Shown: positions 18,765 to 27,724 of the stretch, in pieces
Position numbering within the stretch: the stretch's first letter is position 1
How the letters are laid out: every line of letters starts with the position of its first letter
Source of the DNA: a virus
Lineage: Duplodnaviria; Caudoviricetes
IMG/VR virus record: IMGVR_UViG_3300025096_000015
Span: 1-63,714 of that record
Reading direction: 5' to 3' (one strand)
Length of the DNA: 63,714 nucleotides
Notes under the pieces: model-generated
Told to the model about the DNA's origin: nothing
The model's database searches: none
The model's input: the letters and a program-made list of their open reading frames with translations, nothing else
Made by a program: the position numbers and the translations under genes

Positions 18765-21700
18765 ATGAAGAACGATAAGCCTGGAAGAGACCTGAAAGAA
18801 TCCATCAAAGAAGAAATCGAATCTTTTTTTGAGGAAAAAAGGGTTTTAGAAGAGGAAGCTAAAGAGCTTCAAGAAATGCTTGACGAATATGATGCCTTTA
18901 TTGTAGAAGTAGGACGAATGCAGAAGAATACGCTTGAGGAAGCTGAACTTCAAGAAATTTCTCCATCATTTTACGGAAAAAAGAAATGGGCTCAACTAGC
19001 TGATGAGCCTGACGAACCAGAAGCTGCCGGCAAAGCTGAGCCCGGCGCTATTACAAAAGCAGTAGGATGGGCAGGAGAAAAAATGGCGCAAAGAGCGGCT
19101 AAAAAGGCAGGAAAAGAAGCTGAAAAGCAAAGCGCCGCCCGCGAGAAGGCGAAAGCAAAGGCAGGCCCAGATTGTGGAGGCGCCCAACGTGAAGAAGAAT
19201 TAAAATTAGCCGCAGAAAAAGCTCGTAGCCTCTGGACTAAGTTTAAACATTTCATGTCTCGGAATATGGTGACCGGCGGCTCCTTGGAAAAAGGTGGTAA
19301 AATTATTGGTAGAGAGAAGATAGCATCTCAGGCTGGTGAACAGATGAGAAAAATTATGAAAAATACCACCAATGTAACATTTCAAGAGTTTGTCAAGCAA
19401 ATAGATAATTGTTACCCAGATTTTCCAAACATGCCAGACAATGACAACTTTATGGAAGCCATAGAAACTATAAGAATGTCTTATGACTCAGTTAAAGCTG
19501 CAGCCGCAAAATATAAACCGGGTGTACCACCAGATAAACAGCCGGAAGGATATTTGGATCCTCATAGCGCACAAATGGTTGTTCAATCTATGCGCAAATA
19601 TGTGGATCATGTACTTAATTATAAATTAGCAGACACATACAAGCACCTTAAAGAAAATATGGAATATTGCTCTGAAGAAGAAATATCGGAAGCTCAAGAG
19701 TTAATTGATAAAATCCTTCTTGAGGTGAGCGAGAAAGACGTTGCAGCAGCATATGGTACGGAAGGAGAAGAATGGGACACGGAAGACCCAGACGCAGAAA
19801 CAGAAGGTGAGGAAGAAGGCCCTCTTTCTGGTGAATATATGGCAAAAGGCGGTGTACAGAAAGGCCTAGAAAGTCATGTTTTGCCAACTGTTTTAGGTAT
19901 GTTAGGCGGCTCTTTCACTATGGGGCATTTTATTGCAGCTGCAGCTTTAAAGGATGCGGCGAAGTGGTTCCCATTAGATGCTGCAGATAGAGCTACGTTT
20001 GAAAATGATATTGAAATTGGTTTTGAAGAAGGAATAGGTCCAGAGCTTGCAGCATGGGAAGCCGATCCTGAAGGTTACATGCGCGCAATGGCTAAACGCG
20101 CCGGCACCGAGGATTGGCGAGATTTGGCCGGGAATATCGATAAAATTGTAAACGAAGACCCGCGCGTTAATTCTCCAGCTGATATTTTTAGAATGTGGGC
20201 GTCATCCGATCCTAGGCATAGCGAAAAAGATATTATTAACGCCATAATAGCACAAGAGACAAATTATGAATGGTCCAAACAGGGTGGCCATCCAAGTATT
20301 TGGAATCGAAGCGGAGCAATAACTGATAAAGACTATTTGAAACTGGCCGATACAGTAGCAGAAAAGCACGGCCTTGAGCCTGGAGCGGGAAGCGATCTTC
20401 TCGGTGCTGTTGTGGGTACCGGTAAGCCTTCAGGCTTCCCTGGCGGCATCAAAATGGAGTTTACGAACCCGAATGGAGATCTTCCCCCGGGCAGCGGCGG
20501 AGGCGCCACACGCGGCCCGTATGGGATGTATCCTTCACCTAACCAACCAAATTCTGCTGGTTTAAACCCGGGTTCCTCCGAATCAGTTAACCAGCTTTGG
20601 AAAGATTTCGACGCAGCTGCAGGAGCAAATGCTGATAAATTTGCCAATATGAGTCCTGAAGCTTATGAAGCTTATGCATCTAAAAAACAATCTGTAAATG
20701 CAATTCAAGGATTATTGAGTTTGCCCAATGGAACTTTGATTGCTCTAGCAACAAAAACAATAGTACCGATAATAGTTTTGGTAGCTACTAGAAGGTTTGT
20801 TGTCCAGGCCGGCGGAAAAGCGGTTGCCATGGCAGGCCTAGGAGTTAACCCACTGCTTATGTATGCCGGCATCGCAGGTATCGCTTCAGGCCTCGGCGTC
20901 GCAGCCGCTCGAGCAAAGGGTCGAAAATCATCTAGAGCGAAACAACTCATGGATTTCCAAGCTTACCTAAAAGATATTCCTGTTCCGGAGGGTCTCGAGG
21001 TAGAACTTTGTCCAGATGGAATAACAGTGAAAGATGTGGAAAAGTGGCCAGAGACAAACGGTTGCCCACCAGAAGACATTAAAGATCCAGGTACTATAAT
21101 GCAACCCACAATAATAAGTCTTGATAATGATAGGGTGAAATATTGGCATAGTACTGCGAAACAATCAGGTGCGATTGCGAAGCACGCGATGAAATTCAAA
21201 AGAATACAAGATCAGGTAATTATCGGGAGGACCTCTAAAGAAACATCGGACGCGCTCGACCGCGCTCTTGGGGGCTCTAAGGGATCTCCCGGTATCGAAG
21301 AACAGGAGTTTCGAGGACCGGTCCAAACGACCGCGCTTCCAAAAGCAGCCAAAGGAGGCAAAGGATCCGGGCGGAAAAACACCGGCCTTCCGGGCGGAAA
21401 GCACAAAAGTTACGACGCCATCGTAAAAGCCGCTCAATATGGCGAACGCCGCGTCCTACCATTTTTTGTAATCGATGCCAGTATTTATGGCGATGTAGCG
21501 GAAGTTTTTGCCACTAATGCGCCCAAGCTAAAGAAGGTTGGCGAAAATGAAAGTCTTGTGAAAAAAATTGCCACAGTGTTGTTGGGGACTATGGTCAAAA
21601 ACAAGAAAAAAGTTACAGCCGAAGAAACTTTGAAAGTCATTGCAGCAGTATATAAAGGTGAACTTGGCGACGCGGCCACATCTCCTGCCGCTCTAGAACT

Positions 21701-21932
21701 TTTTAAAGAAATAGCTATTAAGTTTCAAGCTATCGGTGTAGTTGAAAGTGATGAATTTCCCGAGACGAAGCCACCACCAGTTCCAGCAGGAGCTGGCGGC
21801 GAGGCTCCGCTTTCTCCTGAAAAGAAGCCAGGTGCAACTCCTGCAGGGGATCCAAAACAATTAGAGCTTCCACTTCAAGAGTCCAAAACATTTGATCGCT
21901 GGAAAAAGATGGCTGGAATTTTAAAAGGTTAA
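18765..21932 (+). CDS. 1055-aa putative internal head/ejected protein with hydrophobic segments
   Basis: Follows the protease. N-terminal LKESIKEEI, internal LxE clusters, C-terminal LQES..DRWKKMAGILKG. Confidence 0.55.
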   Translation: MKNDKPGRDLKESIKEEIESFFEEKRVLEEEAKELQEMLDEYDAFIVEVGRMQKNTLEEAELQEISPSFYGKKKWAQLADEPDEPEAAGKAEPGAITKAVGWAGEKMAQRAAKKAGKEAEKQSAAREKAKAKAGPDCGGAQREEELKLAAEKARSLWTKFKHFMSRNMVTGGSLEKGGKIIGREKIASQAGEQMRKIMKNTTNVTFQEFVKQIDNCYPDFPNMPDNDNFMEAIETIRMSYDSVKAAAAKYKPGVPPDKQPEGYLDPHSAQMVVQSMRKYVDHVLNYKLADTYKHLKENMEYCSEEEISEAQELIDKILLEVSEKDVAAAYGTEGEEWDTEDPDAETEGEEEGPLSGEYMAKGGVQKGLESHVLPTVLGMLGGSFTMGHFIAAAALKDAAKWFPLDAADRATFENDIEIGFEEGIGPELAAWEADPEGYMRAMAKRAGTEDWRDLAGNIDKIVNEDPRVNSPADIFRMWASSDPRHSEKDIINAIIAQETNYEWSKQGGHPSIWNRSGAITDKDYLKLADTVAEKHGLEPGAGSDLLGAVVGTGKPSGFPGGIKMEFTNPNGDLPPGSGGGATRGPYGMYPSPNQPNSAGLNPGSSESVNQLWKDFDAAAGANADKFANMSPEAYEAYASKKQSVNAIQGLLSLPNGTLIALATKTIVPIIVLVATRRFVVQAGGKAVAMAGLGVNPLLMYAGIAGIASGLGVAAARAKGRKSSRAKQLMDFQAYLKDIPVPEGLEVELCPDGITVKDVEKWPETNGCPPEDIKDPGTIMQPTIISLDNDRVKYWHSTAKQSGAIAKHAMKFKRIQDQVIIGRTSKETSDALDRALGGSKGSPGIEEQEFRGPVQTTALPKAAKGGKGSGRKNTGLPGGKHKSYDAIVKAAQYGERRVLPFFVIDASIYGDVAEVFATNAPKLKKVGENESLVKKIATVLLGTMVKNKKKVTAEETLKVIAAVYKGELGDAATSPAALELFKEIAIKFQAIGVVESDEFPETKPPPVPAGAGGEAPLSPEKKPGATPAGDPKQLELPLQESKTFDRWKKMAGILKG

Positions 21933-21935
21933 GTA

Positions 21936-22370
21936 ATGAAAAAAACAGATCTTAAAAAAGTGCTAAAACCACTTATTAAAGAATGCGTAAAAGAAACTCT
22001 TTTCGAAGAAGGCATTTTATCTAGTGTCATCGCAGAAGTTGTAAAGGGACTTGGAACAACACAACAATTAGTTGTTGAGCAGGAACAAAATAACGAAGAT
22101 GAGATTAAAAAAATGCAGTTGCAAGAGAGACAAAAGAGATCTCAAAAGATAAATGAGACAAGAAAAAAGATGTTAGATGCCATTGGCAAAAGCTCTTATA
22201 ATGGAGTCGATTTGTTCGAAGGTACAGCTCCAATAGCAAGTGCCGGCAACCCAGGCGAGTCGACTTCGCCACAAGGTGCTCTTACTGGCGTCGACCCGGG
22301 AGATCCTGGAGTTGACATATCAGGTCTTATGAAAAATGCCGGTGTATGGAAAACACTAGCGAAAGGATAA
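21936..22370 (+). CDS. Head-module protein with LKPLIKECVKETLFEE leader
   Basis: N-terminal tag-like helix and C-terminal VWKTLAKG. Confidence 0.6.
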   Translation: MKKTDLKKVLKPLIKECVKETLFEEGILSSVIAEVVKGLGTTQQLVVEQEQNNEDEIKKMQLQERQKRSQKINETRKKMLDAIGKSSYNGVDLFEGTAPIASAGNPGESTSPQGALTGVDPGDPGVDISGLMKNAGVWKTLAKG

Positions 22371-22375
22371 GAAAA

Positions 22376-22588
22376 ATGAAATCAATCAATGTAGAAACAG
22401 TTGTTAGAAAAGGCGAAAATATCGAAAGAGCGATAAAAAGATTTACAAAAAAGGTGAAGAAAGAAACTATTATAGAAGATACTAGAGAAAGACAATATTA
22501 TGAAAAGCCATCTGAAATTAAAAGACGGCTCAAAAAGAGAAGAAAAGCTACTCTAGACAAGTTGAAAGCGAAACAAGAAACTAATTAG
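22376..22588 (+). CDS. rpsU: Ribosomal protein bS21
   Basis: V.VRKGENIERAIKRFTKKV......E..RERQYYEKPS..KR matches the bS21 pattern. 70 aa, basic. Confidence 0.9.
   Translation: MKSINVETVVRKGENIERAIKRFTKKVKKETIIEDTRERQYYEKPSEIKRRLKKRRKATLDKLKAKQETN
22580..22588 (+). promoter_or_regulatory. Candidate late promoter motif ACTAATTAG
   Basis: Overlaps the rpsU stop, then AGGAG and ATG 22616. Confidence 0.55.
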
Positions 22589-22615
22589 TAAAAGAACTGC
22601 GACTAGGAGAAAAAT

Positions 22616-23077
22616 ATGCCACATAATTATCAATCAGGGTTAGGAAATTCAGCTGCCTATATGGTTTCTGGTCAACCATTCATAACCGGGTCATCGGATG
22701 TTGGTAAGCATCAAGAAGTTAAAGTTGAGTTTCCAAGAGTGACAAACAACTTTACAATTGTCGCTTCCGGTTCAGGTGCCACCCCAAAAATAAGAGTACA
22801 TTTTAATTCTACTAGTTCTGCTGCAACAATTGGAAACCATGGGTTTGTTCACGGACCAGGTTCAGCAAATGTTATTAAGGCTCATCATTATATTCAATTA
22901 GATGGCGATGAAGAATCGATGAACTTTCCCGTTAAATGCAAAGAAGTTTACATTACTGCTTTAAACGATGGTTCTGGCTTCCAGTTGTTTGCATCGCTAA
23001 CCGGCATTGATGCTGGTTCAATGTATGATCTTACAGGATCTGGTCTAACAACTGATCTTGATAATGGAACAACTTAA
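22616..23077 (+). CDS. Small virion protein (decoration-like)
   Basis: Beta-type G/S/T-rich protein after the late motif, inside the head module. Confidence 0.5.
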   Translation: MPHNYQSGLGNSAAYMVSGQPFITGSSDVGKHQEVKVEFPRVTNNFTIVASGSGATPKIRVHFNSTSSAATIGNHGFVHGPGSANVIKAHHYIQLDGDEESMNFPVKCKEVYITALNDGSGFQLFASLTGIDAGSMYDLTGSGLTTDLDNGTT

Positions 23078-23097
23078 TTTAAGGAGAATGTGTTAAT

Positions 23098-24654
23098 ATG
23101 CCTAGTAATTTTGGTTCAAGTGGAGGATCATTCGAATCCAGTCCGGTCGATCAGCCAATCGATACTTCCGGAGTAGTCTCTGGTTCAGGCGGTCTTGAAA
23201 TCGCAGGAGCTGTTCACTTTAGTAATACTTTGGGTGTTAGCGGGTCTCTAACCGGTTCTACTATAACAACTACTGGCTCAATATATATACAAGATGGCGA
23301 TCTTAATATTAGAACTAATAGTACTACCGATTCACATGCTGCGGACATTAATTTCTATAAAAGTGGACATAATACTGACGGCGGACATACTGTAGTTGCA
23401 GCCGATGAACGTTTGGCAAATATCGCATTTCATGGTTCTGATGGAACAGATTTTGCAGAAGCTGCAAAAATTTATGTTGAAGTAGATGGAACACCTGGAA
23501 ATAATGATATGCCAGGACGGTTGGTTTTTGCGGTTACTGATGATGGCCAGCAGTATGTGGCCGAGGCTGCGAGAATCGACAAAACAGGCAGTTTTGTTAT
23601 TGGGCAAGAGTACGCTGCAGGGGCACTGGGTATTAATGTGTCTCCTTATTCAGGATCAAATTTTGGTGAAGGCCAAAAATATCCAACAATACATGCTAGT
23701 GGAGGTTTTGGAAGTCTTATTGTTTATGATCGTCAAATTAACGTTGGCAGCATGTTCGATGATCGTCAATACAATCCAAATTCAAATTATGCAGGATCGC
23801 AAACTGGCCATGTAAGTGAAATGGTCATTCGCCCCTCTGGCAGTACTAGATCCACTCTTGTTGGAGCAACAAACGAAACTCCGGTGGATCTAGCCCTTAT
23901 GGCACACACTAATAGTCTCGGATACCACGGCAACATTCAGTTTTATACGAGCCCGGGCTCAGATCTTCCTTTCGCCACTATGACTCACAACCTTGCCCAT
24001 GGGCAATCATGTCTCTTCTTAAGTCAATCTGCAGGATACAAACAAATTGTTTCTGGATCGGGAATGCATGGCGTTTCTTTGGATGTCAACGGAACGACCG
24101 TTCTGTCTGGAGGCTACGGCAGGGCTCTAGTAGCCAATGTCCTAGACGTCTACGCCGCTGCTAGTTTTTATAATTGGGGCGGCGCCGCTGGGAATAAAGG
24201 TATAGAAATAGCAGCTGGAAAAGGATCATCAATTTCGCAGGGTGATTGCAAATACATAGAGTTCTACAGTGGTTGGTTCGCCGCCCATGGAGGGATTCAG
24301 AACGGATCTACAGCTGCAAATCCTGAATTTTTTAATGGTTCAGATCGCAGAATTAAACGTGATATTGCGCCAACACAAGTTAATGGGTTAGAGATAATTA
24401 ATAACTTAGAGTTGATTGAGTTCAAGTGGGAGCCTAAATTCAGTACATATCAAGAAACAAACAAAATTGGTTTTCTTGCCCAAAATTGTGAAAACGTATA
24501 TCCAGAAATGGTTTCTGAAAATGAACATAAAGATTATGATTTTGATATAAAGAATGTGATGAAAGGAGAGCTTATACCAGTGTTGGTTAAAGCTATGCAA
24601 GAACAGCAAAAAATCATTGAAGATCTACAAGCAAGACTTGAGAAATTGGAATAA
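23098..24654 (+). CDS. Fibre/spike protein with C-terminal intramolecular chaperone (peptidase S74)
   Basis: SDRRIKRDI autocleavage motif, GFLAQ, PEMV, LIPVLVKAMQEQQ coiled coil. PGRLVF fibre-type segment. Confidence 0.85.
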   Translation: MPSNFGSSGGSFESSPVDQPIDTSGVVSGSGGLEIAGAVHFSNTLGVSGSLTGSTITTTGSIYIQDGDLNIRTNSTTDSHAADINFYKSGHNTDGGHTVVAADERLANIAFHGSDGTDFAEAAKIYVEVDGTPGNNDMPGRLVFAVTDDGQQYVAEAARIDKTGSFVIGQEYAAGALGINVSPYSGSNFGEGQKYPTIHASGGFGSLIVYDRQINVGSMFDDRQYNPNSNYAGSQTGHVSEMVIRPSGSTRSTLVGATNETPVDLALMAHTNSLGYHGNIQFYTSPGSDLPFATMTHNLAHGQSCLFLSQSAGYKQIVSGSGMHGVSLDVNGTTVLSGGYGRALVANVLDVYAAASFYNWGGAAGNKGIEIAAGKGSSISQGDCKYIEFYSGWFAAHGGIQNGSTAANPEFFNGSDRRIKRDIAPTQVNGLEIINNLELIEFKWEPKFSTYQETNKIGFLAQNCENVYPEMVSENEHKDYDFDIKNVMKGELIPVLVKAMQEQQKIIEDLQARLEKLE

Positions 24655-24685
24655 TAATATAAAATGTCATTTACTGTTAAAACAA

Positions 24686-24694
24686 ACTATTTAT
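24686..24694 (+). promoter_or_regulatory. Candidate late promoter motif ACTATTTAT
   Basis: Intergenic, before the scaffold-capsid genes. Confidence 0.65.
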
Positions 24695-24723
24695 TTATGC
24701 ATATTTCCCTAGGAGTAAACTAA

Positions 24724-25749
24724 ATGTCCGATATGTTAGAAAAGGCAATTGTTGATGCCGAAGCTTTAAAAGAAGCTGCTTTAAAAAACGCAGAAGCAGC
24801 GATTGTTGAGAAGTATTCTCATGAGATTAAAGAGGCTGTTAGTTCTCTACTAGAGCAACCTGAAGAAGATCCTTTTGCAGAGGAGGAAATGGGCGGCATG
24901 GAAGATCTCGGCGCCGAAGGCGAGGAGCCTACCGAAGAAGAAGCCCCCGACATGCCAGATGCGGCTACAGAAGGGGGCGATTTATGCCCTTGTCCTGAAT
25001 CTGGAGAGGTGGTAGATATCAATTTGACAAAATTAGCAGAAGAACTTGAAGGTGAAGATATGAATCCTGATGAATTAATCGATAGAGAAGAACTGGCTGA
25101 TGAATTAGCCGAAGAAGTTGAAGACGATTCTGAAGAAGGCACCGAAATCGATTTAAGCGAAGAAGAATTAAATGACATTTTGGAAGCTTTAACAGTTGAT
25201 ATTAAACAGGTCCCATCCGGTGTTCCAGGCGGTGGTTCCAACAGCATTAGAAATAAAGAAAATGCAGATATTGCTCTCGCGCAAGAAGCTGAAGAGGAAG
25301 AATTGGAAGAAGAAGAAAATCCGCTTCCAATGGCACGAGAAAAAGAATATCAAAAAAGAGTTGAATCTTTAGCTTCAAAAAATAATAAACTTTTAGAGAA
25401 AAATGAAAAATATAAGAATTTGCTTATGCAGTTGAAGGATAAACTTGAAGAAGTCAATCTTTCAAATGCTAAGCTTTTGTACACGAATCGTGTTTTGGGT
25501 AGCACCTCCCTGAATGAGCGACAAAGAAAGAAAATTGTCGAAGCTCTGTCTAAGGCTGATTCGGTTGAAGAAGCGAAAGTTATTTATGAAACACTTCAAA
25601 GCGCTGTGGGTGTCTTGCGTAAGCGAGCACCAAAATCACTAAGCGAAGCAGTTCAGCGCTCTTCAACAACTTTGCCTCGTCGTAATAGCGAGACAAAGAA
25701 AGCGGATCCAGTTAAAGATCGTTGGAAGACTTTAGCTGGTCTATCTTAA
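24724..25749 (+). CDS. Prohead scaffold/core protein (gp22-like)
   Basis: Very acidic, coiled coil, directly upstream of the major capsid gene, ends DRWKTLAGLS. Confidence 0.8.
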   Translation: MSDMLEKAIVDAEALKEAALKNAEAAIVEKYSHEIKEAVSSLLEQPEEDPFAEEEMGGMEDLGAEGEEPTEEEAPDMPDAATEGGDLCPCPESGEVVDINLTKLAEELEGEDMNPDELIDREELADELAEEVEDDSEEGTEIDLSEEELNDILEALTVDIKQVPSGVPGGGSNSIRNKENADIALAQEAEEEELEEEENPLPMAREKEYQKRVESLASKNNKLLEKNEKYKNLLMQLKDKLEEVNLSNAKLLYTNRVLGSTSLNERQRKKIVEALSKADSVEEAKVIYETLQSAVGVLRKRAPKSLSEAVQRSSTTLPRRNSETKKADPVKDRWKTLAGLS

Positions 25750-25774
25750 AAACAGTTTAAAAGGAGGAAAAATT

Positions 25775-27592
25775 ATGTCTGTTTTAGAAACCCTTACTGA
25801 GGGTATTGTTAATAGGGACCTCCAGAAAGAAGGTGCTACTCTGCTTGAGAAGTGGGAAAGAACCGGACTTCTAGAAGGTCTTACTGAGGACTCCACGCGT
25901 AATGGCATGGCTCGTCTTCTTGAAAACCAGGCCAAGGAGCTTCTTCGCGAAGCTTCTACTATGGGCGCTGGTGGTGACGTGGAAGGCTTTGCAGCCGTCG
26001 CGTTTCCGATTGTCCGCCGAGTTTTTGGTGGGCTCATTGCTAATGATCTTGTATCTGTGCAACCAATGAGTCTCCCGTCTGGACTCATTTTCTTTCTAGA
26101 CTTTCAGTTTAATAAAAATCGTCTAGATCTCGTAGCTAACGAGTCACTTTTTGGCGGCGGTAAAGTTGGTCAGCAAATCACTGGGGGTATGAACCTTGAT
26201 GATGAGAACGCTGAAGATGGCTTTTATTCCTTGAATAATGGTTATTCTTCCCCAACTGGTAGTGCGTCTAGTGTAGTAGTGACGGTTGTTGCTTCTGGTA
26301 CCGCTGGAATTGGCGAGGCAACGTCAAATTCGGGTCTAGCTTCCACCCAGGAAGACATTAGTGCCACTTATACTGCTCTTGCTGATAAGCTGGTACAGTT
26401 TGATCCAGATCTTTCTGGCTCTTCATATGTAGCGGCAACAGTTCCGCTCTCGTCCTTGGTAGATAGCACCAATAGTACCAGAATCAATAAGCACAATCTT
26501 GTTGCGCTTAGTGCTTCTGATTATGAGCCTGGAGCTACCAAATCTGGCTATCTGGTACGTCGTTTGACGCGTCTTGATCCTACTCAAACAGCAGGAGAAG
26601 AGACGAAGGTGCTTATTATCTTTGCCAATAGTGGTTCTACCGTAACTGAGGCAGCTGGAGCGATTCCAGTGGCCTCCGCCGGTTCTATCGCTAACGTGTC
26701 AAGCTCAGTTGGCTATACACACAACTTCTCTTTCCCGATTGTTGACAACTTCGAGGGAACTGTTGCTGCTTCCGCTGGAAACACAATTGGTTCTATCGTT
26801 GGTCAAGATCAATGGGGACTTGAAGCTGATGCTGAAATCCCTGAGATTGACATCAAGGTCGATAGCGTGTCCGTGACGGCGATGACCAAGAAACTGAAGG
26901 CCAAATGGTCTCCGGAACTCGGTCAGGACCTTAATGCGTATCACAACCTCGATGCAGAGGTTGAGCTTACTGGTATCCTTTCAGAGCAGATTGCTCTTGA
27001 AATTGATCGCGAGATTCTTGAGGATCTTGTGAAGGGTGCTACTGCTGGTACGTACTATTGGTCACGCCATGCTGGTAAGTTTGTTGCCCGCTTGACCGGT
27101 AAAGAAGTAGGCGCTGCTACTGCAGCACCTGATTTCACCGGTACTGTGTCTGAATGGTATGAGACTCTTGTCGAGACCATTAACGATGTGTCTGCTCAGA
27201 TCCATCGTAAGACGCTTCGCGGTGGGGCTAACTTTATCGTAGTGAGTCCCGAGGTTGCTAATATTCTTGAATTCACAGCTGGCTTCCGCGCCGATGTAAC
27301 AGGTGATGCTGACAGAGGTACGGTTGGTACTGTCAAGACTGGTAGCCTTAGCAAGAAGTGGGACGTATACGTTGATCCTTACTTTACTAGGAATCTTGTT
27401 CTTGTTGGACGCAAGGGCGGATCATTCCTTGAAAGTGGGTATGTGTATGCTCCATATGTACCACTTCAAGTCACTCCTACAATCTTCGGTGTAGAAGACT
27501 TCGTGCCCCGCAAGGGTGTCATGACGCGTTACGCCAAGAAGATGGTTCGTGCAGATATGTACGGTCTTGTTGTTGTGACTGATCTAGTCTAA
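25775..27592 (+). CDS. Major capsid protein (T4 gp23-like)
   Basis: LLENQ, FPIVRRVF, VQPMSLPSGLIF, KLKAKWSPELGQDL.AYH.LDAE.EL, EIDREI, YAPYVPL, PRKGVMTRY. Confidence 0.96.
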   Translation: MSVLETLTEGIVNRDLQKEGATLLEKWERTGLLEGLTEDSTRNGMARLLENQAKELLREASTMGAGGDVEGFAAVAFPIVRRVFGGLIANDLVSVQPMSLPSGLIFFLDFQFNKNRLDLVANESLFGGGKVGQQITGGMNLDDENAEDGFYSLNNGYSSPTGSASSVVVTVVASGTAGIGEATSNSGLASTQEDISATYTALADKLVQFDPDLSGSSYVAATVPLSSLVDSTNSTRINKHNLVALSASDYEPGATKSGYLVRRLTRLDPTQTAGEETKVLIIFANSGSTVTEAAGAIPVASAGSIANVSSSVGYTHNFSFPIVDNFEGTVAASAGNTIGSIVGQDQWGLEADAEIPEIDIKVDSVSVTAMTKKLKAKWSPELGQDLNAYHNLDAEVELTGILSEQIALEIDREILEDLVKGATAGTYYWSRHAGKFVARLTGKEVGAATAAPDFTGTVSEWYETLVETINDVSAQIHRKTLRGGANFIVVSPEVANILEFTAGFRADVTGDADRGTVGTVKTGSLSKKWDVYVDPYFTRNLVLVGRKGGSFLESGYVYAPYVPLQVTPTIFGVEDFVPRKGVMTRYAKKMVRADMYGLVVVTDLV

Positions 27593-27623
27593 AATAACTT
27601 TTTTCGAAAAGTTAGACTAATCT

Positions 27624-27653
27624 AAGCCCCGGGGTTCGCCCCGGGGCTTTTTT
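27624..27653 (+). terminator. Rho-independent terminator after the capsid gene
   Basis: AAGCCCCGGGG-TTCG-CCCCGGGGCTT running into a T tract. Confidence 0.92.
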
Positions 27654-27695
27654 ATATAAGAATAATTCATATCAAGGGTTTTACTTTGGTGCGAA

Positions 27696-27704
27696 ACTAT
27701 TTAG
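27696..27704 (+). promoter_or_regulatory. Candidate late promoter motif ACTATTTAG
   Basis: Directly after the terminator and before the AGGAG of the neck gene, where re-initiation is needed. Confidence 0.7.
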
Positions 27705-27724
27705 TGTGTAGGAGAATCTAATGA

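Noticed and set aside
19000-21900. GC-richer tract as a mobile element
   Set aside because: No terminal repeats, transposase or integrase. Largely explained by Gly/Ala/Pro-rich coding within one continuous ORF.
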